Assembly: GCF_006345805.1 (NCBI RefSeq)
Contig: NC_043002.1
Location: 6,758,001 to 6,822,000 of the forward strand
Source: Octopus sinensis
Lineage: Eukaryota
Reading direction: 5' to 3'
DNA: 64,000 nucleotides
In this document: positions 1 through 13,042 of the stretch, one piece after another
How positions within the stretch are numbered: position 1 is the first letter of the stretch
Layout of the letters: the number at the start of each line of letters is the position of its first letter
Notes under the pieces: generated by a model
Seen by the model: only the letters and a program-made list of their open reading frames with translations
What the model was told of the DNA's origin: nothing
Database searches by the model: none
Program-made: the position numbers and the translations under genes

Positions 1-1624
1 GGTTCATCGTAGGGTTCATTCGAAACGTAAAAGTTAAAGCTAAATGCGACTTAGTATTTCTTCTGACGCTGTATTGATCCATCGCGCTCGTACCGCTAAT
101 CATTTAAACATGATGAGCATCAATTTAAGACAGCAAAGAGAGGTAGATCCGGATTTTTTCAGTCTGGCCGACAATTTTCTACAGTTCAAACATTAGTGAA
201 AATTTTAAAATTTGGTACATTAGTGTAGTTTTCCAAGCTGAATTTCTGGGGATATTTCACTTTTTCCAGAAGAATTTTTTAAAAAGTTAGAGGCTTAAAG
301 TTTGATATTTTTCACCCAGTCAGATAACAGAATTTGGAAGCTGTCATTTTGTGCGTGACAGCACGTGTTGTCTACTGAAAAAGAAATGAAATTCTGTTTT
401 ATGCACGCCATATAATCACTCGTAAATTTTTGGAATTTTTAGAAAATTTTTGCAAATTTGTATTCTACACATGTGAATTCATACGATTATCCAAAAATAT
501 AACAAAAGATTTTGTGCGTGATTTAAGGCCTATTTAACTGCTATTTTTAGCACACCTGATGACCACCCCAATGAGTGGAATATACTTGTCAATATATGCT
601 TTCTCGCAGACAAAAGAATTATCATGCCTGGTTTGTTACTATAGAAACAAGTATGAATGTGTCTATGGCTTACGATTGCCTAAAATTACCCAAACTCCGC
701 AAACTTTAAAAGCTAATATGTATTAATCGATTTATTGCGAAAATGAATTTCAAAGCAATGACTAGCGTATAAAAGCATATCCCTACACCGAATATGAAAT
801 CAATTCAATCAGGAAGTAAAGAGATTGAACACTGGCAGCCAAAAAGAAAAAGATCCGCAGACCCTACTAGGATTAAAACTACGTGTCTTTTATTACAAGA
901 AGTGACAATGCTACCGATTATATTACACAGCACCAGCCATTCCAACAACTCGAATGAAAAACCATAAATTCTTTTATTTTGTTTGCACTAATTTTCAGAT
1001 TCGCAAATCATTTAGCACTAGTTGGATAGGCTATTATACTTATATGCGTCTTCGCGTATTTGGTTTCTTTCTCTTATCTATTTCAAAGAGATATTATGAT
1101 ATCTAATATTATTCACGTTATGAGCCTTGGTAGTTCATTTATTCACCAATGATATATTGGATTAGAATTAATTCGTCCATTTCCTTCGTCAAACAAACAT
1201 TTACTCAGCAATTCATTGAAAAAACAAATCGTTATTGCTGTTTACCTCAATCTCAACAGACACATCTCACATTGAAAAAAAAAATTCTGAGACACTGTTA
1301 TACAGAATTGCATTTATCCATTGTCCTTTAAATTCTAAAAACATAAACGCTAGATTTCGTTAGTTTTTTTTTTTTTTATAGGTCGGGTGACTGCTTAAGG
1401 CTTAGATGTTTCTTTACTTCCATGAAATATGGCATAGATGCCCAGTGAGTAGCGAGGTGAGAGTGTGTCTCGTTACTTATAGAAATGGTGCCTTACACTA
1501 AAACTTTGAAAAATACAAGTGTTCTTATCGATCCCTCTGATCGAGTAGACTTACGATCAAAGAAATTCCAGCCCTGACTATCCAGTGTGAGTTTTTTTAA
1601 TATAATGTCTAATATTTCATTATT

Positions 1625-2365
1625 ATTTTGTTACTTGTTTCAATCATTAGACTGCGGCCATGCTGGAGCTACGCCCTGAAGGGTTTTACTTGAACAAATC
1701 GGCCCCAGGACTTATTCTTTGTAAGCCTACGACTTATTCTATCGGTATCTTTTGCCGAACCGATAAGTTAGGAGGACGAAAACAGACCAACATCGGCTGT
1801 CAAGCGATGATGGGGGGAACAAACACAGACAGAAGCACACATCAGGCATGGCTGTGTGGTAGGAAGCTTGCTTTCCAACCATATGGTTCTAGGTTCAGTC
1901 CTATGCATGGCACTTTGGGCAAGTGTCAACCAAAGCCTTGTGAGTGGATTTGGTAGATGGAAACTGCAAGAAGCCCATCGCATATATATGTATATATTTG
2001 TGTGTCTGCGTTTGTCCACAACCATCGCTTAACAACCGATACTGGTGTGTTTACCACCCCGTCACTTAGCGGTTCAGCAAAAGAAAGCGATAGAATAAGT
2101 ACTAGGTTACAGAGAAAAAGTCATGGGGTCAACTTGCTCGACTAAAGGTGGCGCTCCAATGAGTTAAACAAGTAAGAGAATATAAGAAGATATATATATA
2201 TACGACGGTCTTCTTTCAGCTTCCGTCTACCAATTCCACTCGGACTTTGGTCGGCCCGAGGATATAGTAGAAGATACTAAACTGAGGCTTCACGCAGTAG
2301 GACTGAACCCTGAAACATGTGGCTTGGAAGCATGCTGCTTACCACACAGCCACGCCTGCGCCTAT
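1625..2365. mobile_element. Nested SINE family B: a minus-strand copy (3' half 1625-1830, 5' half 2200-2365) interrupted by a plus-strand copy (~1845-2175)
   Basis: Matches the ~400-bp family also seen at 50412, 54618, 58731 and 62055 (GGCGCAGGAGTGGCTGTGTGGTAAG...CACCTTGGGCAAGTGTC...GGAAACTGAAAGAAGCCCGTCG...GACTGAAACAAGTAAAAG). Confidence 0.85.
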
Positions 2366-2394
2366 GTGTCCCTATTTTCTTTAAGATAGAAAGT

Positions 2395-3570
2395 TGTGAT
2401 TTTAAAAATATTTGACTGCTATATCTAGCAGATCGAACGACTACCTTTAGAATGCCTACTCTTTGTGATTTTAAAAATATTTGACTGCTATGTCTAGCAG
2501 ATCGAACGACTACCTTTAGAATACCTACTCTTTGTGATTTTAAAAATATTTGACTGCTATGTCTAGCAGATCGAACGACTACCTTTAGAATACCTACTCT
2601 TTGTGATTTTAAAAATATTTGACTGCTATGTCTAGCAGATCGAACGACTACCTTTAGAATGCCTACTCTTTGTGATTTTAAAAATATTTGACTGCTATAT
2701 CTAGCAGATCGAACGACTACTTTTAGAATATCTACCCTTTGTGATTTTAAAAATATTTGACTGCTATATCTAGCAGATCGAACGACTACCTTTAGAATAC
2801 CTACCCTTTGTGATTTTAAAAATATTTGACTGCTATGTCTAGCAGATCGAACGACTACCTTTGGAATACCTACTCTTTGTGATTCTAAAAATATTTGACT
2901 GCTATGTCTAGCAGATCGAACGACTACCTTTAGAATACCCACTCTTTGTGATTTTAAAAATATTTGACTGCTATATCTAGCAGATCGAACGACTACCTTT
3001 AGAATACCCACTTTTTGTGATTTTAAAAATATTTGACTGCTATATCTAGCAGATCGAACGACTACTTTTAGAATACCTACTCTTTGTGATTTTAAAAGTA
3101 TTTGACTGCTATATCTAGCAGATCGAACGACTACCTTTAGAATACCCACTCTTTGTGATTTTAAAAATATTTGACTGCTATATCTAGCAGATCGAACGAC
3201 TACCTTTAGAATACCCACTCTTTGTGATTTTAAAAGTATTTGACTGCTATATCTAGCAGATTGAACGACTACCTTTAGAATACCCACTTTTTGTGATTTT
3301 AAAAATATTTGACTGCTATATCTAGCAGATCGAACGACTACCTTTAGAATACCCACTCTTTGTGATTTTAAAAGTATTTGACTGCTATATCTAGCAGATT
3401 GAACGACTACCTTTAGAATACCTACTCTTTGTGATTTTAAAAGTATTTGACTGCTATATCTAGCAGATCGAACGACTACCTTTAGAATACTTACCCTTTG
3501 TGATTTTAAAAATATTTGACTGCTATGTCTAGCAGATCGAACGATTACCTTTGGAATACCTACTCTTTGT
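2395..3570. repeat. Tandem minisatellite, 69-bp unit, about 17 copies
   Basis: Unit TGTGATTTTAAAAATATTTGACTGCTATATCTAGCAGATCGAACGACTACCTTTAGAATACCTACTCTT; tgtgat recurs at 2395 and 2464, and the ORF track shows 23-aa periodicity. Confidence 0.97.
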
Positions 3571-4145
3571 TGTTATTATTGTTGACTTTTGTTCCGCAGC
3601 TGCTTCCCTTGTTGTTATGTTGCTTACGTTATGTATGGACATGCATAGCTGGACTCGTCTTTATTTCACACACGTTTATTACTTCTCTGGCGTCACAGTA
3701 TAAAGTTGATAATGAAGTGCAAACATACTTAATGTGGCGAACACGACAACTTTAATAAGCAAAGATGACTACTAAAAATCAAAAACTAATAACAAAATTA
3801 CGTCTGTGCCAGCGTGTGTAAATGTGCGTGCGAATGTGTGTGTGTATGCGCATGTGCGTGAGGTGTGCGTGTGTGCCTGTGCGTGTGTTCATACATACAT
3901 GCACACACATATCCACATTAATGAGTTGAGAAGATAGTTGGGGATGACAGTAAAGTCTGATCACGAATATGGCGGATAGTGTATAAGAGAGCAACTTTTC
4001 CTATATAATTTTGGAAGTGAAGGATCTATCCAGAAACAAAAGTCGTACGCTTAGTGAGACCAATTAAGTGAGGGTAGGTGGGGGGGGGTCGAATAAAATT
4101 TAGGGTGGTGTTTCTTGTAGAGCAGCTGTTGTTATTGCTAATGCT

Positions 4146-4529
4146 GTTTGTTTGTTTGTTGAGCGAAGCGGTCTTCGTCCCAGAGCTCGCAAGGTGGGAG
4201 AAGTCCGAAACGTGGTCCTTTGCTATTCGTAAGACCCGCAGAAGAGAAAGCAGGTCAACCCCCGACACCGAGAGCATCGACGGATGGATGAATGCGCATC
4301 CAGGCTCAGCGGTTGCATAGGAAGTCGGGGACAAGAAACAGGAAGAAAGAGTGAGAGAAAGTTGGAGCGAAAGAGTACAACAGGGGTCGCCACTATCCCC
4401 TGCTGGAGCCTCGTGGAGCTTTAGGTGTTTTCGTTCAATAAACACACATAACGCCCAGTCTGGGAATCGAAGCCGCGATCCTCCGACCGCGAGTTTGCTG
4501 CCCTAACCTCTGTGCCATTGAGCCTCCAC
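4146..4529 (-). mobile_element. tRNA-derived SINE family C, tail variant 2
   Basis: Minus-strand tRNA-like head GGAGGCTCAATGGCACAGAGGTTAGGGCAGC...GCTTCGATTCCC; closely similar to 49355-49740; ends in an (AAAC/AAC)n tail. Confidence 0.85.
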
Positions 4530-5609
4530 TCAAATGCTGTCGTTGTTTAGCCCAATATCAAACTTGATCGGAAATAATCGTTAATAAAATCTTTCCAAAC
4601 ATAATCAACTCTTTCTTTTTGTATATCTATAATTTTCCAATCTGACCTTACTTAAAAAAAAAGACAATATGGTTTAATTTGAAAGAATTTGACTGCTATT
4701 TCTAATGATTCATCCGACTACGTAAAGGCTCACTTGTGAGGCATGAGCGTATAAATGAACTCTATAAGCAGTTAGCGCTATTTATGTTTCTAATCTCATC
4801 CATGGGGTTATACCCCAACATTATTAAACTAATACAAGTACCGTTAATGCGTTGACAGTATCAGTATAGAACAAAACACCATGCTAGTATTTATTCCGTA
4901 CTTTTACAATTTCAGTTCAAATTCCACTGAGATATCAGGGTCAATAAAATACCAGTTAAGTGTTAAGGTCAGGCTCAAAGTTAATTGACCGACACTGGTC
5001 TCCCACGAGTTTCTTGATGCTAATGACTGCAGCTAAACAAACTGGGGCGAAATCTTCTTCGAATTACTTCCAAATTGAGGTCGAAGAAGAATGAAAACTC
5101 AAACAGTTGCAGTGAGAGACAGCGGCTTACTGGAATGATTAACTTTAAAAGGCATTGTATCCAATATATTTAGATAGAACACTTGACTGCTTTTTTTAGC
5201 AGGTCGACTGACCACGGAATAGATCGAACGTGCGATATCGTAGTGAGCATGACATCTTAGAGTTAATAGAAGCGTTCATTATAAACATCGCATGAGTGGC
5301 AACAGTTTTCCAGAGACTAATCCTCCTGGGGGTCAGCTGTGAGGTTTGGAAAAGTATACAGTTCCTTCGGGAGGTTTTTATTTCACATCTGGACATTCTT
5401 TGGATCTATAATATTTGACAATGGTTCTTGGTAAAATAACAAAGAGAAAATTCTATGCAGATTACAAATGTTTGAAATTAGATAACTTCGGTTAATGAAT
5501 TTTGATGCATTTGTGAGTTTGTTGTAATGTCCGTCTATTTAAATGGTTAGCTATCTAGATGTACAATTGACATTTTGTCTATTTATTTCACTTTCGACGT
5601 ATTTGCATA

Positions 5610-5610
<1 letters not shown>

Positions 5611-5666
<56 letters not shown>

Positions 5667-5790
5667 ACACACACACACACCACACACACACACATACATA
5701 AACGCACAAACACACACATACATACAAATACACACATACATACATGCATACACACAAATACATGCATACATATGAATATATAAATATATA
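5611..5790. repeat. (CA)n/(CATA)n microsatellite
   Basis: Direct reading. Confidence 0.95.
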
Positions 5791-6024
5791 TTATGAAAAA
5801 ACGTTTGGATAAAACTATTTATTTCGCGCTTTCGTTCGTTTGACGGTTTCATCAATTATTTATGAATAAACCTAACAATCTATTTTTTTATTATATAAAA
5901 CCTGTACACCACTTCAAATAATCTATAAATGCACATACATATGCGTCTGTGTGTATGTGTGTGTTTGGGCGTAAATAAATTGGTAGATAGATAGATATAG
6001 ATATAAATATATGGATATATAATA

Positions 6025-6062
<38 letters not shown>

Positions 6063-6114
6063 TGTATTTATATATTTATGTATATATATACGAATGTATG
6101 TATATAGTAGTATG

Positions 6115-6266
6115 TTCCGCCGAGGTCGACTTTGACTTTCATCCTTTCGGGGTCGATTAAATAAGTACCAGTTACGCACTGGGATCGATATAATCGACTT
6201 AATCCGTTTGTCTGTCCTTGTTTGTGCCCTCTGTGTGTAGCCCCTTGTGGGCAGTAAAGAAATAAG
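6115..6266 (+). mobile_element. SINE family A, 5'-truncated
   Basis: CCGAGGTCGACTTTG.CTTTCATCCTTTCGGGGTCGATTAAATAAGTACCAG...GCCCCTTGTGGGCAGTAAAGAAATA. Confidence 0.9.
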
Positions 6267-6856
6267 TATGTATGTCCAAATACACACACACACATATTTA
6301 TTTAAGTGCGAAGTGTGTGTCTGTGTGCGTGAACAAATCACATGCAATATGCTTAATAGATTTGGTGCCACTGAGCATATATATGCAAAAGATAAAAAAC
6401 CAGAGCTGCAGCAGTCAAAAGTACTGATGGTCCAACTTGCTTCGTCTTCCTTAAAATCCATCATTTCCTTGTCTTTCAATCTCCTACCAGAATTGTAAAA
6501 ATTTTAATGCTAGTAATTGTACTTTCTTATATTATTTACAGGTGGTATTTTTCTGAAACTCGACATTCGAAGATTGTCCTACTCTCACTACCATCAAGGG
6601 GGAGTGCAGGATGACAATAAGCCAAAACCGTCGCTATGCTGTCTGTCTTTTTTCCTCTGTCTGTGGGGTTAATAATCGTAATCTTTAGTTACAGTTTGTC
6701 ATTAAAACTACATAATAAGCAAAATTGTCGGATTAAGAAAGAGGAAACTATTCAGACAAGCTTCTCTTATAACCGCCCACGCTCCTATGGCTTATCCAAT
6801 TATCTAATGTTCCAAAGCGAAGTTGAATATAAATTTACTCAACGTGGTAACTATTG

Positions 6857-7075
6857 AGGTGGCGAGCTGGCAGAAAGGATAGCACGCCGGGCGAAATGCG
6901 TAGCCGTATTTCGTCTGCCGTTACATTCTGGGTTCAAATTCCGTCGAGGTCGATTTTGCCTTTCATCGTTTCGGGGTCGATAAATCAAGTACCAGTTACG
7001 CACAGGGGTCGACTTAATCCGTTTGTCTGTCCTCGTTTGTCCCCTCTATGTTTAGCCCCTTGTGGGTAGTAAAAA
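6857..7075 (+). mobile_element. SINE family A, near full length
   Basis: GGCGAGCTGGCAGAA head, GTTCAAATTCC B-box-like motif, conserved CCTTTCATC.TTTCGGGGTCGATAAA core. Confidence 0.9.
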
Positions 7076-8457
7076 AATCTATCTATTTATCCGTGTTGTA
7101 GTTTTATCAAGCCTCTCATCTTGTACATGTGTATTTGTGTGAGTATGAGAGAGAGAAAGAGAGAGGAGGGTGTGTGTGTGCGTGTACGTGTATGTATATA
7201 CACATAAACACGCACGCACACGCACGCACGAATACACACAGACACACACACACACACACGCATATATATATATATATACATATATATAATATATATCTGT
7301 TTGTATATGTATTCATAAATATATATGCATGTATATAAACTTATGTACGTATATATATATATAAAAAATAGAGAGAGAGAGAGACATGCATATAGATACT
7401 TACATACATACGTACATACATACATACATACATACATACATAAAACGCATACACTATTTTTTTTCTGAAACCATGGTAGCTGTGAATACATTCCTCTTCT
7501 TCTCTGATGAACTCTAATGAGCCCCAAACATGTTCAGGCCGCCAGAAGTTAGACTCGCTCTCTATTTCTTAAATAACTCTATCTTCATTGCTGGTCAATT
7601 GAAATTTCTTAAGTTTTTCCCTTGCTCCTTGTCATAATAATTTTCCTGAATGTTAATAACGATTTCTATTGATTAAAAATTATTTTCGTCTCAGCACGTT
7701 GTTTATGGTAGTCTGCACTTAACTATCTGCTCGTATATTATGTTAACTGGCTGAAATGACAAATGGCTTCAGGTAGATTATATGTCTGCCTAGATGTTTC
7801 ACTCTGTTTGATCGTCGACTAATCTCTCTCTTTCTCTTTGTTACATATGCGTGTGTCTGCGTGTGTGTATGTGTGCGTGTGCATTTTGCGTATATAGTTA
7901 GTTGTGGTGTTATATATATGTATAACCATAACTAACCATTCGCATCCACAAATATATACCTTATAATCACACCGTTGATGAATCATTTCACATGTATTTA
8001 CGCATGTGTGATTGGCAACGAAACTGTTGTTGCGTGTGTTTCTTATTTTACCATTCATCAAATTTAAGTTGTAAATATTTAACTATATATTAAAGTGTCT
8101 AAAGGTATCTTGTATGGTTATGTGTAAGTGTGTGTGTCCGTTCACATTTATGTGATTGAGTCAAGTCGCCATCGACGAATTCTGAGTTCGGTGCAGATTC
8201 CAACTCATTATTTTGAACATGATGGACAAAAGTCTCGACAAATAATTTTCTTAGGGAAATATTATTCTGTTTTCTGTATAATAGTATAGTCCTAATGTCT
8301 GTGGATTATTGTTTGCATGCAAGGACTCCATCATCTTCGAAACTGATCATATATCTGTACCAGAATATGTTCTCCAGAATGCAGGCATGGACAAAGACTT
8401 TATAAGAAAACAGGTTTACTCATGAAGCAAATCTATTTTTCTATATCACCAATGTTG

Positions 8458-9071
8458 ATTTCTTTATTCACCATACGGTTTTATATAGAGGGGACATTAC
8501 AACACATTGGGGACACAAAATATCAAAGAAATAGTCTTATGATAGGATGGGAAAAAGGGTGATAAATGAGAGGTGAAAGTGATGTTAACTGCCCCATCAG
8601 TCAACATCACTTACTTGTCCTTTTTCTATTTCACTGGAAAATCCCCAAAATCCCCAAAATTTAACCCGTATATTTTCCGGTGTTCATCTCTCTTTTCCTG
8701 TACTAATCTTCCCCTAATCTGCGCGTATACATCACCAAGTTCATTTTTTAAGTTCTTTCACTTGCTCTTCCGACAATACTAATTCCATTTTCTGATGCCA
8801 TTCATCTAGCATTTCTATCTTTCCCCATATTTTTAATCTTTCATGTAAATATTCGCTGTCAATAATACCTATACAATATTCTTCAGAGTGGGAGTTTTGT
8901 GTAATCATTTGTTTGCATGTTTTCTGTTTTCTTGTTGGTGGGGAGTGGGTGGGTTTGGTTTCTGCGGGGACAGGGTGGGCCACAATGGGTAAGGGTGGTG
9001 CTGGCGTGGGTTGGGGTTCACATTCACTTGCCTTTTTTCTTTTCCGCTGTTTTATTTTTCCTTGGGTTTCC
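8458..9071 (-). mobile_element. ~614-bp retroposed insertion with a 14-bp TSD and a SINE-A-like 3' tail
   Basis: TATCACCAATGTTG occurs at 8444-8457 and 9072-9085; the minus-strand end reads TGTCCCCTCTATATAAAACCGTATGGTGAATAAAGAAAT. Confidence 0.7.
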
Positions 9072-9936
9072 TATCACCAATGTTGTTGAAGGAAAAAGTA
9101 GGCAGACACAGCTTCGTACCAATGACGTCAGAGGCAAACTAATGACGTAAAAACCAGTAACAAATCTTGCAAGATAATTTTATATTGTCACGTATTCTAC
9201 ACTTTTATTCTAACAATTCTTTTGTTCAATTCTTTTGAACATTTCACAAATATTTCAATGATTAAAGAGCTTTACTTAATGACCCCTTCCGAATTATGCC
9301 GTGACTGTTGTTGTAGGTAGCAACGCTCAAGTTAAGAAGATCTGATACAAAGCCTCTAAGTACTCTGGTTTGAATGTAAATCCCACTTTTGTGGAGGAGT
9401 AAAGGCGGCATCTTGGAAACTTATAAATGCAGTTAATAAGGTTCGTATGAACAGTCTAGTGTTTTCTTTTTTAATAAAATAGAAACATAGATGAAAGAAA
9501 AGAGAAAAAAGTTCAACAAGACTTCAGAGAATCTGTGAACATTGGATCATTAATCTAAATGAGGTCGATTCGATCAGGATATACATTAATTATTGGTATC
9601 AAGGTATAAATATGATATAACAAATATGTTTGTATAGTTTTCTAACAGGTAAAGATCAATCATCAAGTAAATGTAATAAGCATAGTTTTTCTGTGACGTT
9701 ACCTTACATATAATGAAGCGCAATATGTCCCATTGATCACGCTATGTAAAGAAGAGTAAAACAACAAACGGAGTGTGAGTGGGTGAGAGTCAGAGAGGCG
9801 AAAGCAGGCGAACAGCGTGCAAAGGTTTTGCGCTGAAGACGCTGATATTTTGATAAAAATAAAACTGCAAATTTATATCGTAAATTGTATTTACTTTATC
9901 AGTTCCACACACACGCACAGATACACATATACACAA

Positions 9937-9947
9937 TATGCATGTGA

Positions 9948-9981
<34 letters not shown>

Positions 9982-10004
9982 GCATAAATATATATATGTA
10001 TATA

Positions 10005-10096
<92 letters not shown>

Positions 10097-10125
10097 TGTG
10101 TGTGTGTATATATATATATATATAA
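9937..10125. repeat. (TA)n/(TG)n microsatellite
   Basis: Direct reading. Confidence 0.95.
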
Positions 10126-10774
10126 CTCAAGAAATACACCAAGACAAGGAATATATCAATATATTATTAAGAATAGAAATAACAAATACATTAGATAAAA
10201 ATATACGAGAAAATGATAAATAAATAAAGAGTGATACATCGATTAAAAATCATATTAAATTTAGGATTAAAACTGTTGAATTAAGAATTAAAAGTTGTAA
10301 GATACATCAACGGCAGAGAGAAATCTTAATGGTGGTTTTGAAAGTCAGAGAAATAATGAGGATAAATTTGTTGTTTTAAGAGTTCTAAAGAAATATTTAG
10401 AGAGGGTTACAGTACCATGCGGCCGTTTCTGGGGTCCATTTGTCTACAAGGTATGCATCCTTTAGTTTCACTCTTTCTCCCTCTTTTTCTCTCTCTCTAG
10501 AGAGAGAAAGACAGAGACAGACAAACAGACAGAGACAGACAAAAAGAGTGATAGAGGAAAAGATATCTAGGTATATGAATGTATATGTATATATAAACGT
10601 GTATATATATATATATATATATAAATGAAAAATACATTTCAAAGTTCGTTTCAGCATTTTTTATTTCTGCCGACTGAAACTGCGCATGCGTGGTGGATTT
10701 TGAAAAAATTATAACATATAAAGATGGGACACGTGCTATTGGTCTCATATTTATAGGTTAGTCTTGGATGGCTC

Positions 10775-10845
10775 GGTTACTGATGAGAATTTGCCTAGTA
10801 AATTATTTTATTTACTAAAAAAATTCGAAACCTATAGGTATAACC
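10775..10845 (+). ncRNA. Type I hammerhead ribozyme (Penelope-like-element type, palindromic stem III)
   Basis: GGTTA CTGATGA GAATTT gcc TAGTAAAT tatttt ATTTACTA aaa AAATTC GAAA CCTATAGG TA TAACC. The core is intact, stem I is 5 bp, stem II is 6+8 bp, and the GUA cleavage site falls after 10840. Confidence 0.85.
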
Positions 10846-12037
10846 TTAAGAACAAGGTAAAGGTTTTTATTTTTTCATTCCCTTTGAAATTGCTTAAATT
10901 GTGTGGTTTTCGGTCGTTTTGACTGTCTCCTAGCATGTAGAAATTGCCCGTTACAGGTAATTTCTCTTTGTGTTTAAATGTACACTATTTTATTTTGAAT
11001 AATATGCCGTCTATTGACTTTTTATACATGCTAAACCACTGGTAGTGAAATTTGTAAAAATTTGCTGTCTGATAATAATAACTGGAGTATTGTTCATCTG
11101 AAATTTTAAACATGGATACATGAGAGAGCAAAGCGTTCCGTAATCTAAAAAGAGTTTCAAAATCGTTAGTTTCAAAGTGAGAATAGCTATTTTTGGAATC
11201 TTTAATGTACTGTTTGTTCGGCCATTAAAACAACCAGTTGCTTAGACAACCGCCATTTCGCTACCAACAAGGGGGAATCACTGTTTTAATGATTAGACGG
11301 CGGTCCAAAAGAATAGCTCTCAGAAACAGACTACGTACAAATTGGTTCTTTACAACTTCTGAAGCTGTTTTCAGATATTATCCATCCCATTCTTATAAAA
11401 ATAATAACTCTGTCCAAATTGGTGAGCTAAGCAGAAATTATCTTTTCTGTAGAGCTTTAAAGCTTTCAAATGAAACAAATATTATGTGCTACTCATGCGG
11501 TTAGGTAACATTGCCAGCACTACCAGCTACTTCTCAACCTCTCATGGATCTTCTAGAAGGCATTTCCATCCAGTCAAAGGAAACAATGTAACTCTGCAAA
11601 TGACATTGTTAGGTGCATCTAAGAAGATTGATCAACATGAACTTATGACGACGTCAAAGTTCAAGGGCAAGTCTATCACCTCATTGGTTCCCTGTTACCC
11701 ACAAATGAACAGCCACAGTTCTTCCAAATTTACTTTATGAGTGATGTAGGACAAGAAACCCGAAGGAAGGGTCAATATTTCAGATGAAGGGTCGTGTTAG
11801 ACACAGCGCCGACTGCTGCGAAAGAGAGTATATCCACTGATAGCTTTTCGTTGCGTTCAAAAATCACATAGCCCCCACAGGTTAGGGCCTGAAATACTCC
11901 AGACGATCGCATAGAATGTTGCTTAGTCGAATTAGCGCACCATTTACTCCACAAATAACTTGTCAATGCTGCACTTACCCACATCACCTGTTTCAACATA
12001 ACTGTAATGTATTATATACAAACTATGGCATTTTAAT

Positions 12038-12065
12038 CCCGAGCAACGCCGGGTGTCTCTGCTAG
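12038..12065 (+). mobile_element. Helitron-type 3' end (hairpin + CTAG)
   Basis: CCCGAGCAACGCCGGG hairpin, 8 nt, then CTAG|T; the 5' end was not located. Confidence 0.55.
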
Positions 12066-12231
12066 TATATATATATATATACATGTATGCATGCATATAT
12101 ACATACATTGTCTGTCTTTCGCCCCTTTGTGCACTCAATATACATTTTCTGTTCGCCTGTGCATTCATTATTCGTTTTTTCTTACTTTTCGTTTGTGTAT
12201 TTACTATATATTTTTTCACTTATATATAAAG

Positions 12232-12525
12232 GCGGGGCTGTGTGGTAAGAAGCTTGCTCCCCAACCACATGTTTCCGGGTTCTGTTCCACTGCATGACAC
12301 CGCAGGCCAACCAAAGCCTTGTGAGTGGATTTAGCAGATGGAAACTAAAAGAAGCCCGTCGTATATCTATCTATCTATATATATATATATATTTGTGTGC
12401 ATGTCTGTTTATCCCTCTACCTTCGCTTGACAACCGATGTTGGTGTGTTTACGTCCCCGTAACCTGGCGGTTCGGCATGGCCGCAGTCAAATGACTGAAA
12501 CAAGCAAAATAATAAAAGAATAAAA
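12232..12525 (+). mobile_element. SINE family B, internally deleted
   Basis: Family B head and tail motifs. Confidence 0.85.
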
Positions 12526-12531
12526 GAATAT

Positions 12532-12624
<93 letters not shown>

Positions 12625-12626
<2 letters not shown>

Positions 12627-12910
12627 GAGGAGAAATGGCCTAGTGGTTAGGGCAGCGGACTCGCGGTTGCAGGATCACGGTTTTCATTCCCAGACCGGGC
12701 GTTGTGAGTGTTTATTAAGCGAAGACACCTAAAGCTCCACGAGGCTCCGGCAAGGGGTGATGGCGATCCCTGCTGTACTCTTTCGCCACTACTTTCTCTC
12801 ACTCTTTTTCTGTTGGCCTGCTCACTTAGCCAGCGGGGTGGCGTCATTTGAAGGCCAAAACAATGCGTAGCGCATTGTGACCAGCGATGTGTAGCAACAT
12901 CTGATAGCCT
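12625..12910 (+). mobile_element. tRNA-derived SINE family C, tail variant 1
   Basis: TGGCCTAGTGGTTAGGGCAGCGGACTCGCGG...TTCCCAGACCGGGCG; same as 32123 and 52768. Confidence 0.9.
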
Positions 12911-13042
12911 ATATATATATATATATATATAGTAAATCCCCCAGAAAAATACGAAGAACAAAGACAACTAGAAAAAAGCAACAACGCTAGGACGTGGTAT
13001 AGGCAAAGTATTAGCAGGCGTTCAGGGTAGGAAAGAAAGGTA

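Noticed and set aside
550-595. CTGATGA CCAC...GTGG AA
   Set aside because: There is no GAAA or stem III; it is part of the decayed foldback-family arm.
2277-3356. 359-aa repetitive ORF
   Set aside because: It is a by-product of a stop-free 69-bp (23-codon) tandem unit and runs out into a SINE; nothing supports a real gene.
2395-3570. CRISPR-like array
   Set aside because: There are no unique spacers and no cas genes; it is a plain tandem repeat in eukaryotic DNA.
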